DNA of 64,000 nt from the NCBI GenBank assembly GCA_963737905.1, contig CAVTUQ010000028.1, positions 32,001-96,000 of the forward strand, written 5' to 3'. Below are positions 1 through 10,368 of this stretch, one piece after another. Below the pieces are notes generated by a model. It was not told the origin of the DNA, made no database searches, and saw only the letters and a list, made by a program, of their open reading frames with translations. The position numbers were made by a program, and so were the translations under genes. This stretch comes from an uncultured delta proteobacterium (GTDB lineage: Bacteria; Desulfobacterota; Binatia; UBA9968). Position 1 is the stretch's first letter, and the number at the start of each line of letters is the position of its first letter.

Positions 1-749
1 ACCAAGCCGTGTTTGATATTCGACACGCTGCTCTCATTTAGGGAAAGCCAGGTAATGGAACCTATAGTGCTGGGTATAAATAGAAATCGGTACGAATAAC
101 GGAGCGAAGCCCGGCTCAGGTATTTAGCAAGGATTGTCGCAACTGCAATTCCTGAAAGGTTGTCGTTCGCAAGAGAGGGATGGCAGACGTGACAGGAAAT
201 CAACACCTCGTCCGAGATACCTCCCGGTAGCAAATACTCGCCGTACGTTAGAAAACCGGGCTCAAGTTTGCTGTCAATGTATACCTCGTACTCATCATCT
301 GTCAGCTTCATAAGTTGGTTGTAACTGAGGCAGAACCCCCAGTTCTCTTTATAGTACGTTGCGCGAAAGGGAATCCAATCAGGATATTCAGGCAACGTAT
401 AAAGATGTCTTTTCAGTTCTGCCAAAGGCATTCGCTTCTTAACGGGCACACTATAACCTACAACGTGCAGGTTCGAATTCGCAAAATCTATTACTTTCTC
501 GCCTCTTGGATTTTTTATATATGCATCCTTAACATTCCATTCCTTTGGAATGGTCCAGTCAAGTACTCCCGTGCCGCTTGGAATTTCCTGAATCTCGAGC
601 GGGATCTCCCTTCCGACGGTCCGCAATGTTTCACGCACTCCATCGCCAGTAATGCTTCGGCAAAAAGGGTAGAGCTCGCATACAAGGCCATAGATCTCAT
701 CCCCAATCCCAACCGATTCCAAGAGAACACCCAGTTCCGTTACGTTCAA
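1..749 (-). CDS. DUF4910 family (M28 peptidase-like) protein, 3' end outside window
   Basis: Not in the ORF track (no stop in window). Manual translation of the minus strand from TTG at 749 gives ELYPFCRSITGDGVRETL...DWTIPKEWNVKDAYI...NSNLHVVGYS...WGFC...CHVCHPSLANDNLSG, the motif set of this polysaccharide-locus family. Confidence 0.85.
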   Translation of the reverse strand, partial: MNVTELGVLLESVGIGDEIYGLVCELYPFCRSITGDGVRETLRTVGREIPLEIQEIPSGTGVLDWTIPKEWNVKDAYIKNPRGEKVIDFANSNLHVVGYSVPVKKRMPLAELKRHLYTLPEYPDWIPFRATYYKENWGFCLSYNQLMKLTDDEYEVYIDSKLEPGFLTYGEYLLPGGISDEVLISCHVCHPSLANDNLSGIAVATILAKYLSRASLRYSYRFLFIPSTIGSITWLSLNESSVSNIKHGL

Positions 750-840
750 GATCTTATACCTTATACTCTAGGACTCTCGGTCTTGCGTTCTTAGGTCGCC
801 GCTGGCTCATGTGAGTGAAGTTCCAAACAGACTCTTAACG

Positions 841-2076
841 TCAGGAATAGACCATTACTTCGGGGATGGGTACGACAAACTGCGCAGCCCACTCTCGTGT
901 ATATGCGAGCTGCGTCATAATTTCGGTCCTGAGATTCCAGGGAAAAATTAAGATATAATCCGGCCTTGTTTCCTTGATCTTGCCGGGATCGTAGATAGGT
1001 ATGTGAGTGCCTGGTGTATACTTTCCATGCTTGTAAGGATTGCGGTCCACGGTGTAGTCAATGAAGTCACTTCTAATACCGCAGTAGTTAAGCAGTGTAT
1101 TACCCTTTCCCGGCGCTCCGTAGCCCACAATAGATTTCTCTTCCCGTTTGGCTTTGATCAGAAAGTTTAGGAGGTTCCGCTTTGTTACCTCTACTTTTTT
1201 CGTGAAGCACAGGTAAGGTTGCAGACACATGAACCCAGCAGCCTGTTCTCTACCCTTAAGATCGAGCACACGCCGGCTTACCGGCCTGTCGCTATCTTCA
1301 CTATGACACGCGTAGATTCTCAAAGAGCCACCGTGAGTGGGCAGTTCTTCCACATCAAAGAGAGTCAGTCCGTGTGCAGCAAATACTTTTTCAACTGTAG
1401 TGAAGGAAAAGTAAGAGAAGTGCTCATGGTAAATCGTGTCGAACTGGTTCTCTTCCATGAGCTTCATGAGATGCGGGAATTCCATCGTGATCAAACCCTT
1501 CGGCTTCAGCATTATTTTCATTCCCGCAACGAAGTCATTGAGGTCCGGCACATGTGCTAGTACATTATTGCCAAGCAGTAAATCCGCTTTGCTTAGCTCG
1601 GCAGAGAGTTCCTGGGCAGTCGTCGTTCCAAAAAATTTCATTATGGTCGGGATACCTTTTTTTATAGCTGTCTGAGCAACGTTGACTGCCGGCTCGATCC
1701 CAAGGACCCGGATCCCCCTCTCTAAGAAATATTGAAGCAAGTAACCGTCGTTACTTGCGATCTCCACTACTTGACTATTGGCGTCAACGTTGAAGCGCTC
1801 GACCATCAAATCAGTATAGGATTTAGCGTGATGCAGCCACGAGTCAGAGTAGGAAGAAAAGTAGGCGTATTCTGTAAATATAGTCGCAGGCTGGACGTAT
1901 TTCTGAAGTTGGACCAGAAAACAACGTTCACAGACATAAGCATGAAGCGGATAGAACGGCTCCATTTGATTAAGCTGCTCCGCCGTCAAAAAACTCTCGC
2001 AAAGCGGTGACATTCCCAAATCAACAAAAGTATGAGTTAGGTTGCAGCCGCAAAATCGGCAGAAAGACATTGTCAT
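841..2076 (-). CDS. NDP-hexose C-methyltransferase-like class I SAM methyltransferase
   Basis: N-terminal CRFC...C..C zinc motif, EIASNDG SAM motif, NVLAHV, FDTIYHEH and C-terminal YGAPGKG domain. Confidence 0.9.
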   Translation of the reverse strand: MTMSFCRFCGCNLTHTFVDLGMSPLCESFLTAEQLNQMEPFYPLHAYVCERCFLVQLQKYVQPATIFTEYAYFSSYSDSWLHHAKSYTDLMVERFNVDANSQVVEIASNDGYLLQYFLERGIRVLGIEPAVNVAQTAIKKGIPTIMKFFGTTTAQELSAELSKADLLLGNNVLAHVPDLNDFVAGMKIMLKPKGLITMEFPHLMKLMEENQFDTIYHEHFSYFSFTTVEKVFAAHGLTLFDVEELPTHGGSLRIYACHSEDSDRPVSRRVLDLKGREQAAGFMCLQPYLCFTKKVEVTKRNLLNFLIKAKREEKSIVGYGAPGKGNTLLNYCGIRSDFIDYTVDRNPYKHGKYTPGTHIPIYDPGKIKETRPDYILIFPWNLRTEIMTQLAYTREWAAQFVVPIPEVMVYS

Positions 2077-2626
2077 ATTGTTTCAATAGGCACGGCTACT
2101 CCGAATCGAGAAGCCCCAGGTAACGGAGCGCGCTTCCGCCATTCCTGCATCGAGCGGTTACAAAATACGGCATAAACTCGCTATTTTTACCCCCAAAAAA
2201 AGGGGTATTTTGCTGCTGGATAAAGGACTTTTTGGTAACCCAAAAAGCCTCTCTGGCAAAAATGGCGGCTATCAATTGGACTATAGTGAAGACGGACAAA
2301 CTTGCCCGAAGAACCCCATTGATGCCATCTGTTTTTCCCTGGAAGAGCAAAAGGTATTCCAGCTCTTTCTGGCACCGAGGCTAGCTATTATGAATCAGAC
2401 TCCGATTTGGGCAGAGACGAGGTGAGTAAACTGTGGTCATGCAGGACAGTTATAAAAGACGACTCCTAGGGAGCTAGGGAGAAATCAGCAAGGGTAGAAA
2501 TGTAAGTTAAAGCGCGGCTATTACAAAACAGTTTCAGCAGGAAACCTTAAGACATGTGACCTAGGAGTTGCGATTTGGCTCAGTTTGGCGACAAGGTCTC
2601 CGCCAATGGCTGAGATCTTCGCGGGA

Positions 2627-3247
2627 TCAATGCTGCTTTGGGAGCAGAACGCCTGGCTCACGAAAAAGGACAATCTCGACCAACTCGCACAATATATGTT
2701 CAACGGCCAAGTGAGTCTCCTGAATATATTGGGTATCGGCGCTCGGCACAGCGATTACTATTTCCGATATCGCGGCCAGGCGACCACCGTTTCCCGTGAG
2801 GGCAATCGTGTGCATATTTCTTTTCTTTGCTGCGGCGACAGCGCGGATAACGTTCGGTGAGTTTCCGCTCGTGCTGATGCCGATGAGGAGATCACCGGGG
2901 CGTCCTAAAGCCTCGATTTGCCGCTCGAAGACTCCTTCGAAACCGCAGTCATTACCAAAAGCGGTCAAGAAGGAGGTATCGGTCGTCAACGCGATCGCAG
3001 GCAGAGCGTGGCGCTCTAAATCCTTTGAAAAACGACTGACGAACTCCGCCGCCATATGCTGACAGTCGGCTGCGCTTCCACCGTTGCCGCATAGCAGGAG
3101 CTTTCCGCCAGACAAAAACGCCTTTGCTATCAGGTCAGCCGCACTGGCAATTGTTCCAGCACAACTCGTCGCCGTTTGTCGCTTGATCTCGGCGCTTTGA
3201 AGGAGATGGGCTTCTATTTTCCGAAAATTGTCAGCGGTTAATGGCAT
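2627..3247 (-). CDS. gmhA: D-sedoheptulose 7-phosphate isomerase (SIS domain)
   Basis: CGNGGSAADCQH, GISTSGNS and IQETH motifs; start set to ATG 3247 behind an AGGAG RBS. Confidence 0.9.
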   Translation of the reverse strand: MPLTADNFRKIEAHLLQSAEIKRQTATSCAGTIASAADLIAKAFLSGGKLLLCGNGGSAADCQHMAAEFVSRFSKDLERHALPAIALTTDTSFLTAFGNDCGFEGVFERQIEALGRPGDLLIGISTSGNSPNVIRAVAAAKKRNMHTIALTGNGGRLAAISEIVIAVPSADTQYIQETHLAVEHILCELVEIVLFREPGVLLPKQH

Positions 3248-3267
3248 CCGTGGTTCTCCTTTGGTCG

Positions 3268-4200
3268 CTACACTTCCACTTTCAGACGCTGACCGTACAT
3301 TTCGGAGTAGTATTTTCGATATTCGCCGTTCTTGATTCGCTCCCACCAGTCTCTCTGACTTCGATACCAATCAATCGTACTTGACAACCCTTGCTCAAGA
3401 GAGATAGACGCCTGCCATCCGAGGTCACGTATTTTGGAGACACTTAAAGAATACCGGCGATCATGCCCTGAACGATCCTCAACTTGGCGAATGAGGTGAC
3501 GAGGCTTACCGATTTTGTCAAGAATCCGCTCTCCCATAAACTGATTCGTCTGTTCTCCATGAGCGCTGACATTATAAACGTCTCCCGGCACTCCGTGCTC
3601 TAATACGTGAAGCACCGCTCGCGCATGATCTTCGACATGTATCCAATCCCTTATTTGCCGACCGTCGCCATATAAAGGCAAGGGTTGATCGTCGAGCGCA
3701 TTGGTAATGAATAAAGGCAAAAGCTTTTCGGGAAATTGATAAGGGCCGTAGTTGTTTCCACATCGTGTGATCAATGTCGGAAGACCGTAGCTACGATCAT
3801 ACGCCCGAACCAATAGATCGGCGCCAGCTTTGCTCGCCGCATAGGGACTATTTGGGAGTAACTTGCTCCCTTCGGCAAAAGATGCTTCGCCCGGCCCAAG
3901 TGAACCATAAACCTCGTCGGTTGAAACCTGCAGAAATTTTTTGATCCCGCATTGGACCGCCACTTCAAGAAGCACGCGCACACCCTCAATAACCAAAGCA
4001 AAATCCGCAGTGTCCCCTCGGACGAACCGATAATGGGAGTCAATTGCCGTCAAGTTCAAATCGGCTAGATTATCTAAATTTCCCGCGTACGTCAGCAGGT
4101 CAATGTTAACGATGCGCCACTGAGGCTTCTCACGTCGCAGTAAACGGATGAAGTGACTTCCAATAAATCCGCAGCCGCCGGTAATCAGCAGAGCTTTCAA
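3268..4200 (-). CDS. rfbB: dTDP-glucose 4,6-dehydratase with apparent internal in-frame deletion
   Basis: GGCGFIG, VSTDEVYG, PYAASK, NNYGPYQFPEK and GHDRRY present; the usual AAESHVDRS segment is missing. Confidence 0.85.
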   Translation of the reverse strand: MKALLITGGCGFIGSHFIRLLRREKPQWRIVNIDLLTYAGNLDNLADLNLTAIDSHYRFVRGDTADFALVIEGVRVLLEVAVQCGIKKFLQVSTDEVYGSLGPGEASFAEGSKLLPNSPYAASKAGADLLVRAYDRSYGLPTLITRCGNNYGPYQFPEKLLPLFITNALDDQPLPLYGDGRQIRDWIHVEDHARAVLHVLEHGVPGDVYNVSAHGEQTNQFMGERILDKIGKPRHLIRQVEDRSGHDRRYSLSVSKIRDLGWQASISLEQGLSSTIDWYRSQRDWWERIKNGEYRKYYSEMYGQRLKVEV

Positions 4201-4293
4201 TTATTAATACCTTTCGCCTCTCTCAACTGTGTCGCAAGTCTGTTCATAGTTCGACAGGCTTGCACGAAAATGTCGTGACTCACTCGAAGTCCA

Positions 4294-5373
4294 TCAGACA
4301 AGAACCTCTGAATCGTCCCCAATCATCAACCGGTAAGCCTGATGATTTCCACGATTCTTGATAACGGACGAACCTTTACCAACCAGGCTGTCTTCCAAAC
4401 GATCAACGTGTTCGATCCGCGCGTTTTCCAAAAGGACACAATGCTCCACAACAGAAGAGAAAATGCGGCACCCATTGCCTATAGAGGTAAACGGCCCGAT
4501 GAAAGAATTCTCGATTTGAACGTTATCTCCGACGACCACTGGTCCTCGAATCGTGCTTCTCGTTACTCGACTGTTTTTTCCCAAGCGAACTCGCCCACTC
4601 ACTTGGCTTTCAGCGTCAACCTCTCCGACGAGTTGTCGCTTGACCCATTCGTCCAGCACAATGCTGTTGGCTGTTAAAAGGTCGTCCTTCTTACCAGTGT
4701 CAAGCCACCAACTATCCAGCTGGTGACTTAAAACACTGCATCCTTGCGCCAAAAGCTCCTGAATCGCATCTGTAATCTCCAGTTCTCCGCGCTCCGACGG
4801 CCGAATGCAATCGATTGCTTCATGAATTTTGGGTGAGAAAAAGTAAATCCCTACCAAAGCCAGGTCTGATCGAGGGTTTTTAGGCTTTTCGACGAGACGG
4901 CTTACTTGTCCTTCAGTGTTGACTTCGGCGATTCCAAAATTCGTCGGATTACCCACTTTTTTGAGCAAGATGCTCGCATCGGCATTGGATCTCTCGAAAG
5001 TTTCACGAAATCCGGCGACCCCCGACCCGATCAGATTATCGCCGAGATACATGATGAATGGATCCAGCCCCAAAAATGGCCGCGCAACTTTGACCGCATG
5101 GGCCAATCCGAGTGGCTCGTCCTGCAAGATATACTCGATCTTCATGCCCCAGGTATTGCCGTCGCCGACTGCTTCCTGAATCGCTCTACCGGTTTCGGGA
5201 GAGATGATGATTCCCACATCACGGATCCTAGCCTCAAGCAGGTTATCCAATACGTAGTACAAGATTGGCCGGTTGGCGATTGGCACGAGTTGCTTTGCTG
5301 CCGTATGAGTAAGAGGTCTAAGTCGACTTCCCTTTCCGCCGGATAGTACCAACCCTTTCAGCGCCCGGCTCAT
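4294..5373 (-). CDS. rfbA: Glucose-1-phosphate thymidylyltransferase, long form with C-terminal left-handed beta-helix
   Basis: LSGGKGSRLRPLT, KQLVPIAN, EKP, RGELEITD and WWLDTGK motifs, plus hexapeptide tail. Confidence 0.9.
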   Translation of the reverse strand: MSRALKGLVLSGGKGSRLRPLTHTAAKQLVPIANRPILYYVLDNLLEARIRDVGIIISPETGRAIQEAVGDGNTWGMKIEYILQDEPLGLAHAVKVARPFLGLDPFIMYLGDNLIGSGVAGFRETFERSNADASILLKKVGNPTNFGIAEVNTEGQVSRLVEKPKNPRSDLALVGIYFFSPKIHEAIDCIRPSERGELEITDAIQELLAQGCSVLSHQLDSWWLDTGKKDDLLTANSIVLDEWVKRQLVGEVDAESQVSGRVRLGKNSRVTRSTIRGPVVVGDNVQIENSFIGPFTSIGNGCRIFSSVVEHCVLLENARIEHVDRLEDSLVGKGSSVIKNRGNHQAYRLMIGDDSEVLV

Positions 5374-5989
5374 TGTTACCTTAATAGCACATTATTGGCG
5401 AAGTTTGTCCTCCAAACAAATTGATAGTGAAAGAAAATCTGGATCAAAACCGCGCTTCGCGCAAAGGCACAAAGCATGTCCTGAGCACCAAAGTCCAAGG
5501 TGCCTCCCAAGTTGGAAGAAGAAAGATTTTTCCTCGCCCTTCTTCGCGTCTTGGCAGCGATAGCGCTTTTGGCCACGAATCGCCAACGTATAATGTTTTA
5601 TCCCCAAAACCCGGGAGCAATCAAGTTCGGGCCAGCCTCCGGAGTAGCGACCGGGGGGCTCCAAACGGGTTAAACCTCGACCGCGCACGTAACTCTTAGC
5701 TTAACTAGCACGAGGAACGCATAGAGTGCTTCCACTGGTCAGCAAGCGATAGGAATACAAGTAGAGATGGAGTACGATTTCGAGGTTTTCTCTGTGATTT
5801 GACGCGGTTCAGGGGTTTTGTAGCAACTAATTTCTATAAGTACCCACACGAAAAGCGCGGCCCGCGGGTTTAGGGATGCCACGCGAAGCATGAAGCGGCG
5901 GATGAATACGTAGGTTTCAAAGGCAATGATCTTTTTTCGATCTCTATCTCTTCGATTTCTGTAGCTCAACTCGATCCAGCCGTTTAGAA

Positions 5990-6510
5990 GCTAAGGATAC
6001 GGTCGTTGGGCCACACCACCGATGTAGCGGCCGAGGTGATCGAGAACAGTTTGTGGGGAACGAAAAGGCTTTTGGGTATAGACCACCCAATTCTTTTTAA
6101 AGTAGTTCATTTAAGTTGTTGTGTTTGCTTAAAGTTTCGATTTTTCTTAGGTCGTAAGGCTGCTTTAACAGATCAAGACCCTTTGCACGAAAGACCCGGC
6201 TCAGGGCTTTGACTGGAAACAGAAAGTTTCGCCGTGCTCCAATCCAACGGCTGTGATCGAAGATAAGACAGTTAAATTACTGCGGTAAGGAGAAGACCAA
6301 AAAGAAGTAGCTTACCGGCAAAAGCTCAGAGCTAGTTTGTTTGTTAAGCCACGGTGCTTTGGCCAACGACTGGCACCTCGGGCCAACAATATCGCGTAGC
6401 CGTCTTGCTTTGTCTTGCCCCACCTTAACCATCATGCGTTCACTGTCGATGGCCCTGAGTTTAATCGCACCGGTTCGCTTATCCAAGTCCCGTCCTATGA
6501 GCAAGCCGCG
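5990..6510. mobile_element. Highly degraded mobile-element remnant (tyrosine-integrase-like fragment)
   Basis: Minus-strand fragment IKLRAIDSERMMVKVGQDKARR resembles the LKVxDIDSxRMxIRVEQGKGRKDR motif of integrases that accompany IS91-type transposases. Plus-strand DVAAEVIENSLWGTKRLLGIDHP resembles text often seen beside such elements (from memory). Confidence 0.35.
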
Positions 6511-6888
6511 ATCTCTTAGTTTGGTTGTACCAAACGCAAGCGTTCCGCTTCCTCTGCCCTAACACTTTCCGCCAATAACCAACTCCTTTTCGTCGGAGGA
6601 ATAAACAACTTTTGTTCATTCCAGCGCAGATCTGATAGGAAAAACTGAAGCCCGCGATCGCCGCGTTGCGCGAACTCGTTGGTAATCCTCGTTCCTCAAA
6701 CGATTCCTGTCCGACTTTAGCTGCTCCGGGGATCGACGATAGTGTTTAACCGTCCAATAACGGCTTGAGGTCCTTATTAAAAGTAAATGGCCGACTCAAG
6801 ATTCGACTCGAGTTTTACCTGGTCGAGGCTTCTGATGAAAAACAATGCTCGCAGGCTGGTAGCCCTATCCAGCGGCAACCAGCGATCG

Positions 6889-8088
6889 CTAGAGAGAAAA
6901 ATCATCGACCAAGACTTTAATGACTCGTTTCGCGGCATTGCCATCCCAGTAACGGGGAGACCGATCTAACTTCTGTTCGCCAAGAGATTGGCGGTTAAAT
7001 TCTCTGACAATCTTTTCCGGATCCGAGCCCACCAAGACGTTAGTGCCCTGCTCAACCGTGACCGGCCTCTCTGTGTTGTCCCGCAGGGTGATACACGGGA
7101 CCCCGAGGATTGTCGTTTCTTCTTGGATTCCACCCGAGTCGGTGAGAACGACCCTCGCTTTGGACATCAGACATAGAAAATCAAGATAGCCCAGAGGTGG
7201 AACCAATCGAATTCGCACCCGCGAATCCCACGGCTCCGGACCCTGAACAAAATGGTCAACGAAATAATCACCCAAATTCTCATCCTGAACTCGTTTTAAC
7301 GTCCGTGGATGCGCCGGAAAAATAACCGGCATATGCTTTGAAATATCGAGAAAAGCGTCCAACATGTGGCAGAAAACCCTCTGGTCATCAACATTAGCCG
7401 GCCTGTGGAGGGTTAGGATCGCATAGGCTTTCACTTGGGGTCCTTCTGCCAACTGCAAGTCCTGCAGGATTGTCGACTCCTGGGCTTTCGAGCGATGGCG
7501 AAGCAACGTATCGATCATTACGTTTCCGACGAAAAAAATGCGGTGCTTTGGAATACCTTCGCTGAGCAGATTCTGATTGGCGCTGTCCTCAGTAGTGAAG
7601 AGATAATCGGAAATAGAATCTGTGACGATGCGATTGATCTCCTCAGGCATAGTGCGGTCGAAGCTCCTTAATCCCGCTTCAACATGCGCAAGCTTAGGAA
7701 CAAAATCCTTTGCACCCCGGTCTCCCCGGCACCATGTCTTCTTGGCCACGAGCGCACACGCAGCCGTGGAGTTTACATCACCGACGACAAGCACCAGGTG
7801 AGGTCGCTCGTTCAGAACCACACTTTCAAACCGCTCCATGATTCGAGCGGTCTGAACCGAATGGGACGCCGAGCCCACGCCCAAACAAAGATCTGGCTTA
7901 GGAAGCTCTAAGTCGTTAAAAAACGAATCCGACATGTTACTATCGTAATGCTGCCCGGTATGAACCAGAACATGGTGGATTTGTTCTTCGGTCGCTTGGG
8001 TGTTAATCCCCTTTATCGCCTCGCAAATGGCCGCGATTTTCATGAAATTGGGCCTTGCACCAACCACCGATAAGATTTTCAGTACCAT
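6889..8088 (-). CDS. wecB: UDP-N-acetylglucosamine 2-epimerase (non-hydrolysing)
   Basis: VVGARPNFMK, HTGQHYD, HVEAGLRS, MPEEINR and TDSGGIQEE motifs. Confidence 0.95.
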   Translation of the reverse strand: MVLKILSVVGARPNFMKIAAICEAIKGINTQATEEQIHHVLVHTGQHYDSNMSDSFFNDLELPKPDLCLGVGSASHSVQTARIMERFESVVLNERPHLVLVVGDVNSTAACALVAKKTWCRGDRGAKDFVPKLAHVEAGLRSFDRTMPEEINRIVTDSISDYLFTTEDSANQNLLSEGIPKHRIFFVGNVMIDTLLRHRSKAQESTILQDLQLAEGPQVKAYAILTLHRPANVDDQRVFCHMLDAFLDISKHMPVIFPAHPRTLKRVQDENLGDYFVDHFVQGPEPWDSRVRIRLVPPLGYLDFLCLMSKARVVLTDSGGIQEETTILGVPCITLRDNTERPVTVEQGTNVLVGSDPEKIVREFNRQSLGEQKLDRSPRYWDGNAAKRVIKVLVDDFSL

Positions 8089-8101
8089 GATAGAGTTTTA
8101 A

Positions 8102-8962
8102 TTAGTAAGTACTAAGCGAGCTCTCGCCCAACACTTCTTCCATCGGTGCCCACGAAAAGTCATCCAGCAATTTGAGACATTTTTTTTCTGTTGAATCTAA
8201 GTTGTTGTAGTGCCGAAAGCGCGATAACCAGGAGGCGGAAATGCGCGGTTGGTCCGGATCTAGCTCCCACGGATGCAAGTAAACCATCGCCGGTTGCCGT
8301 TCATTCTTATTGAGATGATCTATAGCCCACGCCGTTACTCTGTAAGGGAAAAACCGCAGGTAGCCGCCGCCTGCAACCGGCATATTATTTCCGAAGATCC
8401 GAAGCGTCGACGGGGGAAACTCCCTAATCTGTCGCCCACATTTCAGCCGCTTAATGTAGGGAAAACGTGGCGCATCAGGGATGCCGTAATTGTCATGGAT
8501 GACAGGAAATATACTAGAGTCATATTCAAATCCTTCCTCACCGAGGATTTCAAAAGCCCAGGGGGTCTCGGCAGTAATCGAATAGCTTGGCGCACGGAAG
8601 CTGGTTACCCCTATTCCCGTGAGATCCTCTATGATTTGCCTCGCACGCCGCACGTCGTTACGAAAGTCCATTTCGTCGCCTTCGTAAATTAGCCGATGGG
8701 AGTATCCATGGCACCCGATGCGGTGCCCCGCCTTGCGGATCGCCTTAATCAGTCCTGGGGACCTTTCTGCTACCCATCCCAAGACAAAAAACGTCGCTCG
8801 AACCTGCCGGCCCGCAAGAATTTCCAGCATTCGAAGCGTATTTCGCTCGACTCGACTCGGATAGCGCTCCCAATCATTACGACTGATTACTCTAGCGAAC
8901 GCTTGGACGTGAAAATAATCTTCAACGTCAACGGTCAGCGCATTCAAAAAGTCCGCAGCCAC
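8102..8962 (-). CDS. Polysaccharide deacetylase, XrtA/PEP-CTERM locus type
   Basis: LTVDVEDYF, ATFFVLGW, HGYSH, FRAPSYS, GGGYLR and YLHPWELDPDQPR motifs. Confidence 0.9.
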   Translation of the reverse strand: MAADFLNALTVDVEDYFHVQAFARVISRNDWERYPSRVERNTLRMLEILAGRQVRATFFVLGWVAERSPGLIKAIRKAGHRIGCHGYSHRLIYEGDEMDFRNDVRRARQIIEDLTGIGVTSFRAPSYSITAETPWAFEILGEEGFEYDSSIFPVIHDNYGIPDAPRFPYIKRLKCGRQIREFPPSTLRIFGNNMPVAGGGYLRFFPYRVTAWAIDHLNKNERQPAMVYLHPWELDPDQPRISASWLSRFRHYNNLDSTEKKCLKLLDDFSWAPMEEVLGESSLSTY

Positions 8963-8964
8963 GC

Positions 8965-10362
8965 TTACCGGGCCCCTTTACCCAATAAAACAACTTTCAA
9001 GCTTTCAAATATGATCTGCAAATCGAACAGTAACGACATATTTTTCATGTAGTAGAGATCGTACTGCAGTTTCTCTATCGCATCCTCCTCACTGTCCCCG
9101 TACGAATAACAAATCTGAGCCCAGCCGGTGATTCCAGGCTTAATTGAATGGCGTAGAGAATAGTAAGGAATCTTCTTGGTCAACGTCTGGACGAAAAATG
9201 CCCTCTCAGGTCTGGGTCCGACCAAACTCATTTGGCCCTTTAAGACGTTGATCATCTGTGGAATCTCATCGATTCGCAGTTTTCGGATGAGTTTTCCGAC
9301 TCGGGTTACCCTCGGATCATCCTCTGCGGCCCAGACCGGGCCAAGGTTAGCTTCCGCGCTTTCAAACATTGAGCGAAATTTATAGATTGTAAACGTTTCA
9401 TCGTTCTGTCCCACTCTTTCCTGCCGATAGAATATGGGGCCCGGACTATCTAATTTAATCGCCAGCGAGGTTAGTAAGGTGATTGGGGCGCTCAACAACA
9501 ATCCAACCGCCGATACCCCTATATCGACTGCCCTTTTTGTGAACATGATCAACCGATCACGCCGAAACCCCTTACATCGGACAATCCACTCCGGAGAAAG
9601 GTCAGCAATCGCAATCTTGCTCACCAATCTCTCGTAAAAAGAGTGGCAGTCTTCCATCGCAACTCCGCGGGTACGTAATGTGACGAGTTCCTGACTGAGG
9701 ACATCACTGCAATCCTCCACCCCAGCAAGCAGAATGCGGTTAACGTTTTTTTTGTTGAACAAATCCATCAACGACGAGGGTTGATAGACCGGCAAGGATA
9801 CCCGGACGGGATTTCCGTAGGAAAGGGTCAGTTGGCCGGTAGACTGGCCAACAAACCCAACGACTTCCATACCCAGCTTCTTTTGCCTAAGTAGCTCTTC
9901 CGCGACCAACTTACCAATGGCCTGCAGCCCAACCACCAACACCCTACCGTGTATCCGCGCCCTTTCGATGACTCGCATCAACCCGACTCGCCAAGCGCAA
10001 AGGCTTATCACCATCAGGGTCATTTGACTGGCATAAAGCGTTTTACCGAATCGCGGTATTGGATAGCTGACGATAGCGATTAGAATACAGGCGATTCCGG
10101 CCCCACTCATCAAACGGAGAAATAGCTCCCGAACGGATAGGGTTTGGTCTATGGCATAAAGATCAGAATAATAGAACGACACGACCACAATAATAGTTAC
10201 CGCTACGGCTTGAGAAAACCAAAAACCCCATTCAGGATTGGGCGAAATTTCGAGCAAAGAAATTCCCGCACGAACAGCCACCGTCGCCAAAAAAATCACG
10301 ACGACGTCACCCAGGAGGAGAATGAGATCGTAAACGGAAAAGTACCGATTGAATACACGCAT
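8965..10362 (-). CDS. Priming polyprenyl-phosphate sugar transferase (PEP-CTERM/EPS type)
   Basis: N-terminal TM helices; C-terminal KFRSM, DDPRVTRVG, DEIPQ, GPRPER and KPGITGWAQ motifs. Confidence 0.92.
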   Translation of the reverse strand: MRVFNRYFSVYDLILLLGDVVVIFLATVAVRAGISLLEISPNPEWGFWFSQAVAVTIIVVVSFYYSDLYAIDQTLSVRELFLRLMSGAGIACILIAIVSYPIPRFGKTLYASQMTLMVISLCAWRVGLMRVIERARIHGRVLVVGLQAIGKLVAEELLRQKKLGMEVVGFVGQSTGQLTLSYGNPVRVSLPVYQPSSLMDLFNKKNVNRILLAGVEDCSDVLSQELVTLRTRGVAMEDCHSFYERLVSKIAIADLSPEWIVRCKGFRRDRLIMFTKRAVDIGVSAVGLLLSAPITLLTSLAIKLDSPGPIFYRQERVGQNDETFTIYKFRSMFESAEANLGPVWAAEDDPRVTRVGKLIRKLRIDEIPQMINVLKGQMSLVGPRPERAFFVQTLTKKIPYYSLRHSIKPGITGWAQICYSYGDSEEDAIEKLQYDLYYMKNMSLLFDLQIIFESLKVVLLGKGAR

Positions 10363-10368
10363 CGGTGA

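Noticed and set aside
315-794. 159-aa plus-strand ORF
   Set aside because: Antisense to the DUF4910 gene found by manual translation.
2096-2620. Small ORFs and hairpin (TACCCC/GGGGTA) between the methyltransferase and gmhA
   Set aside because: No recognisable protein or RNA family; evidence is too weak.
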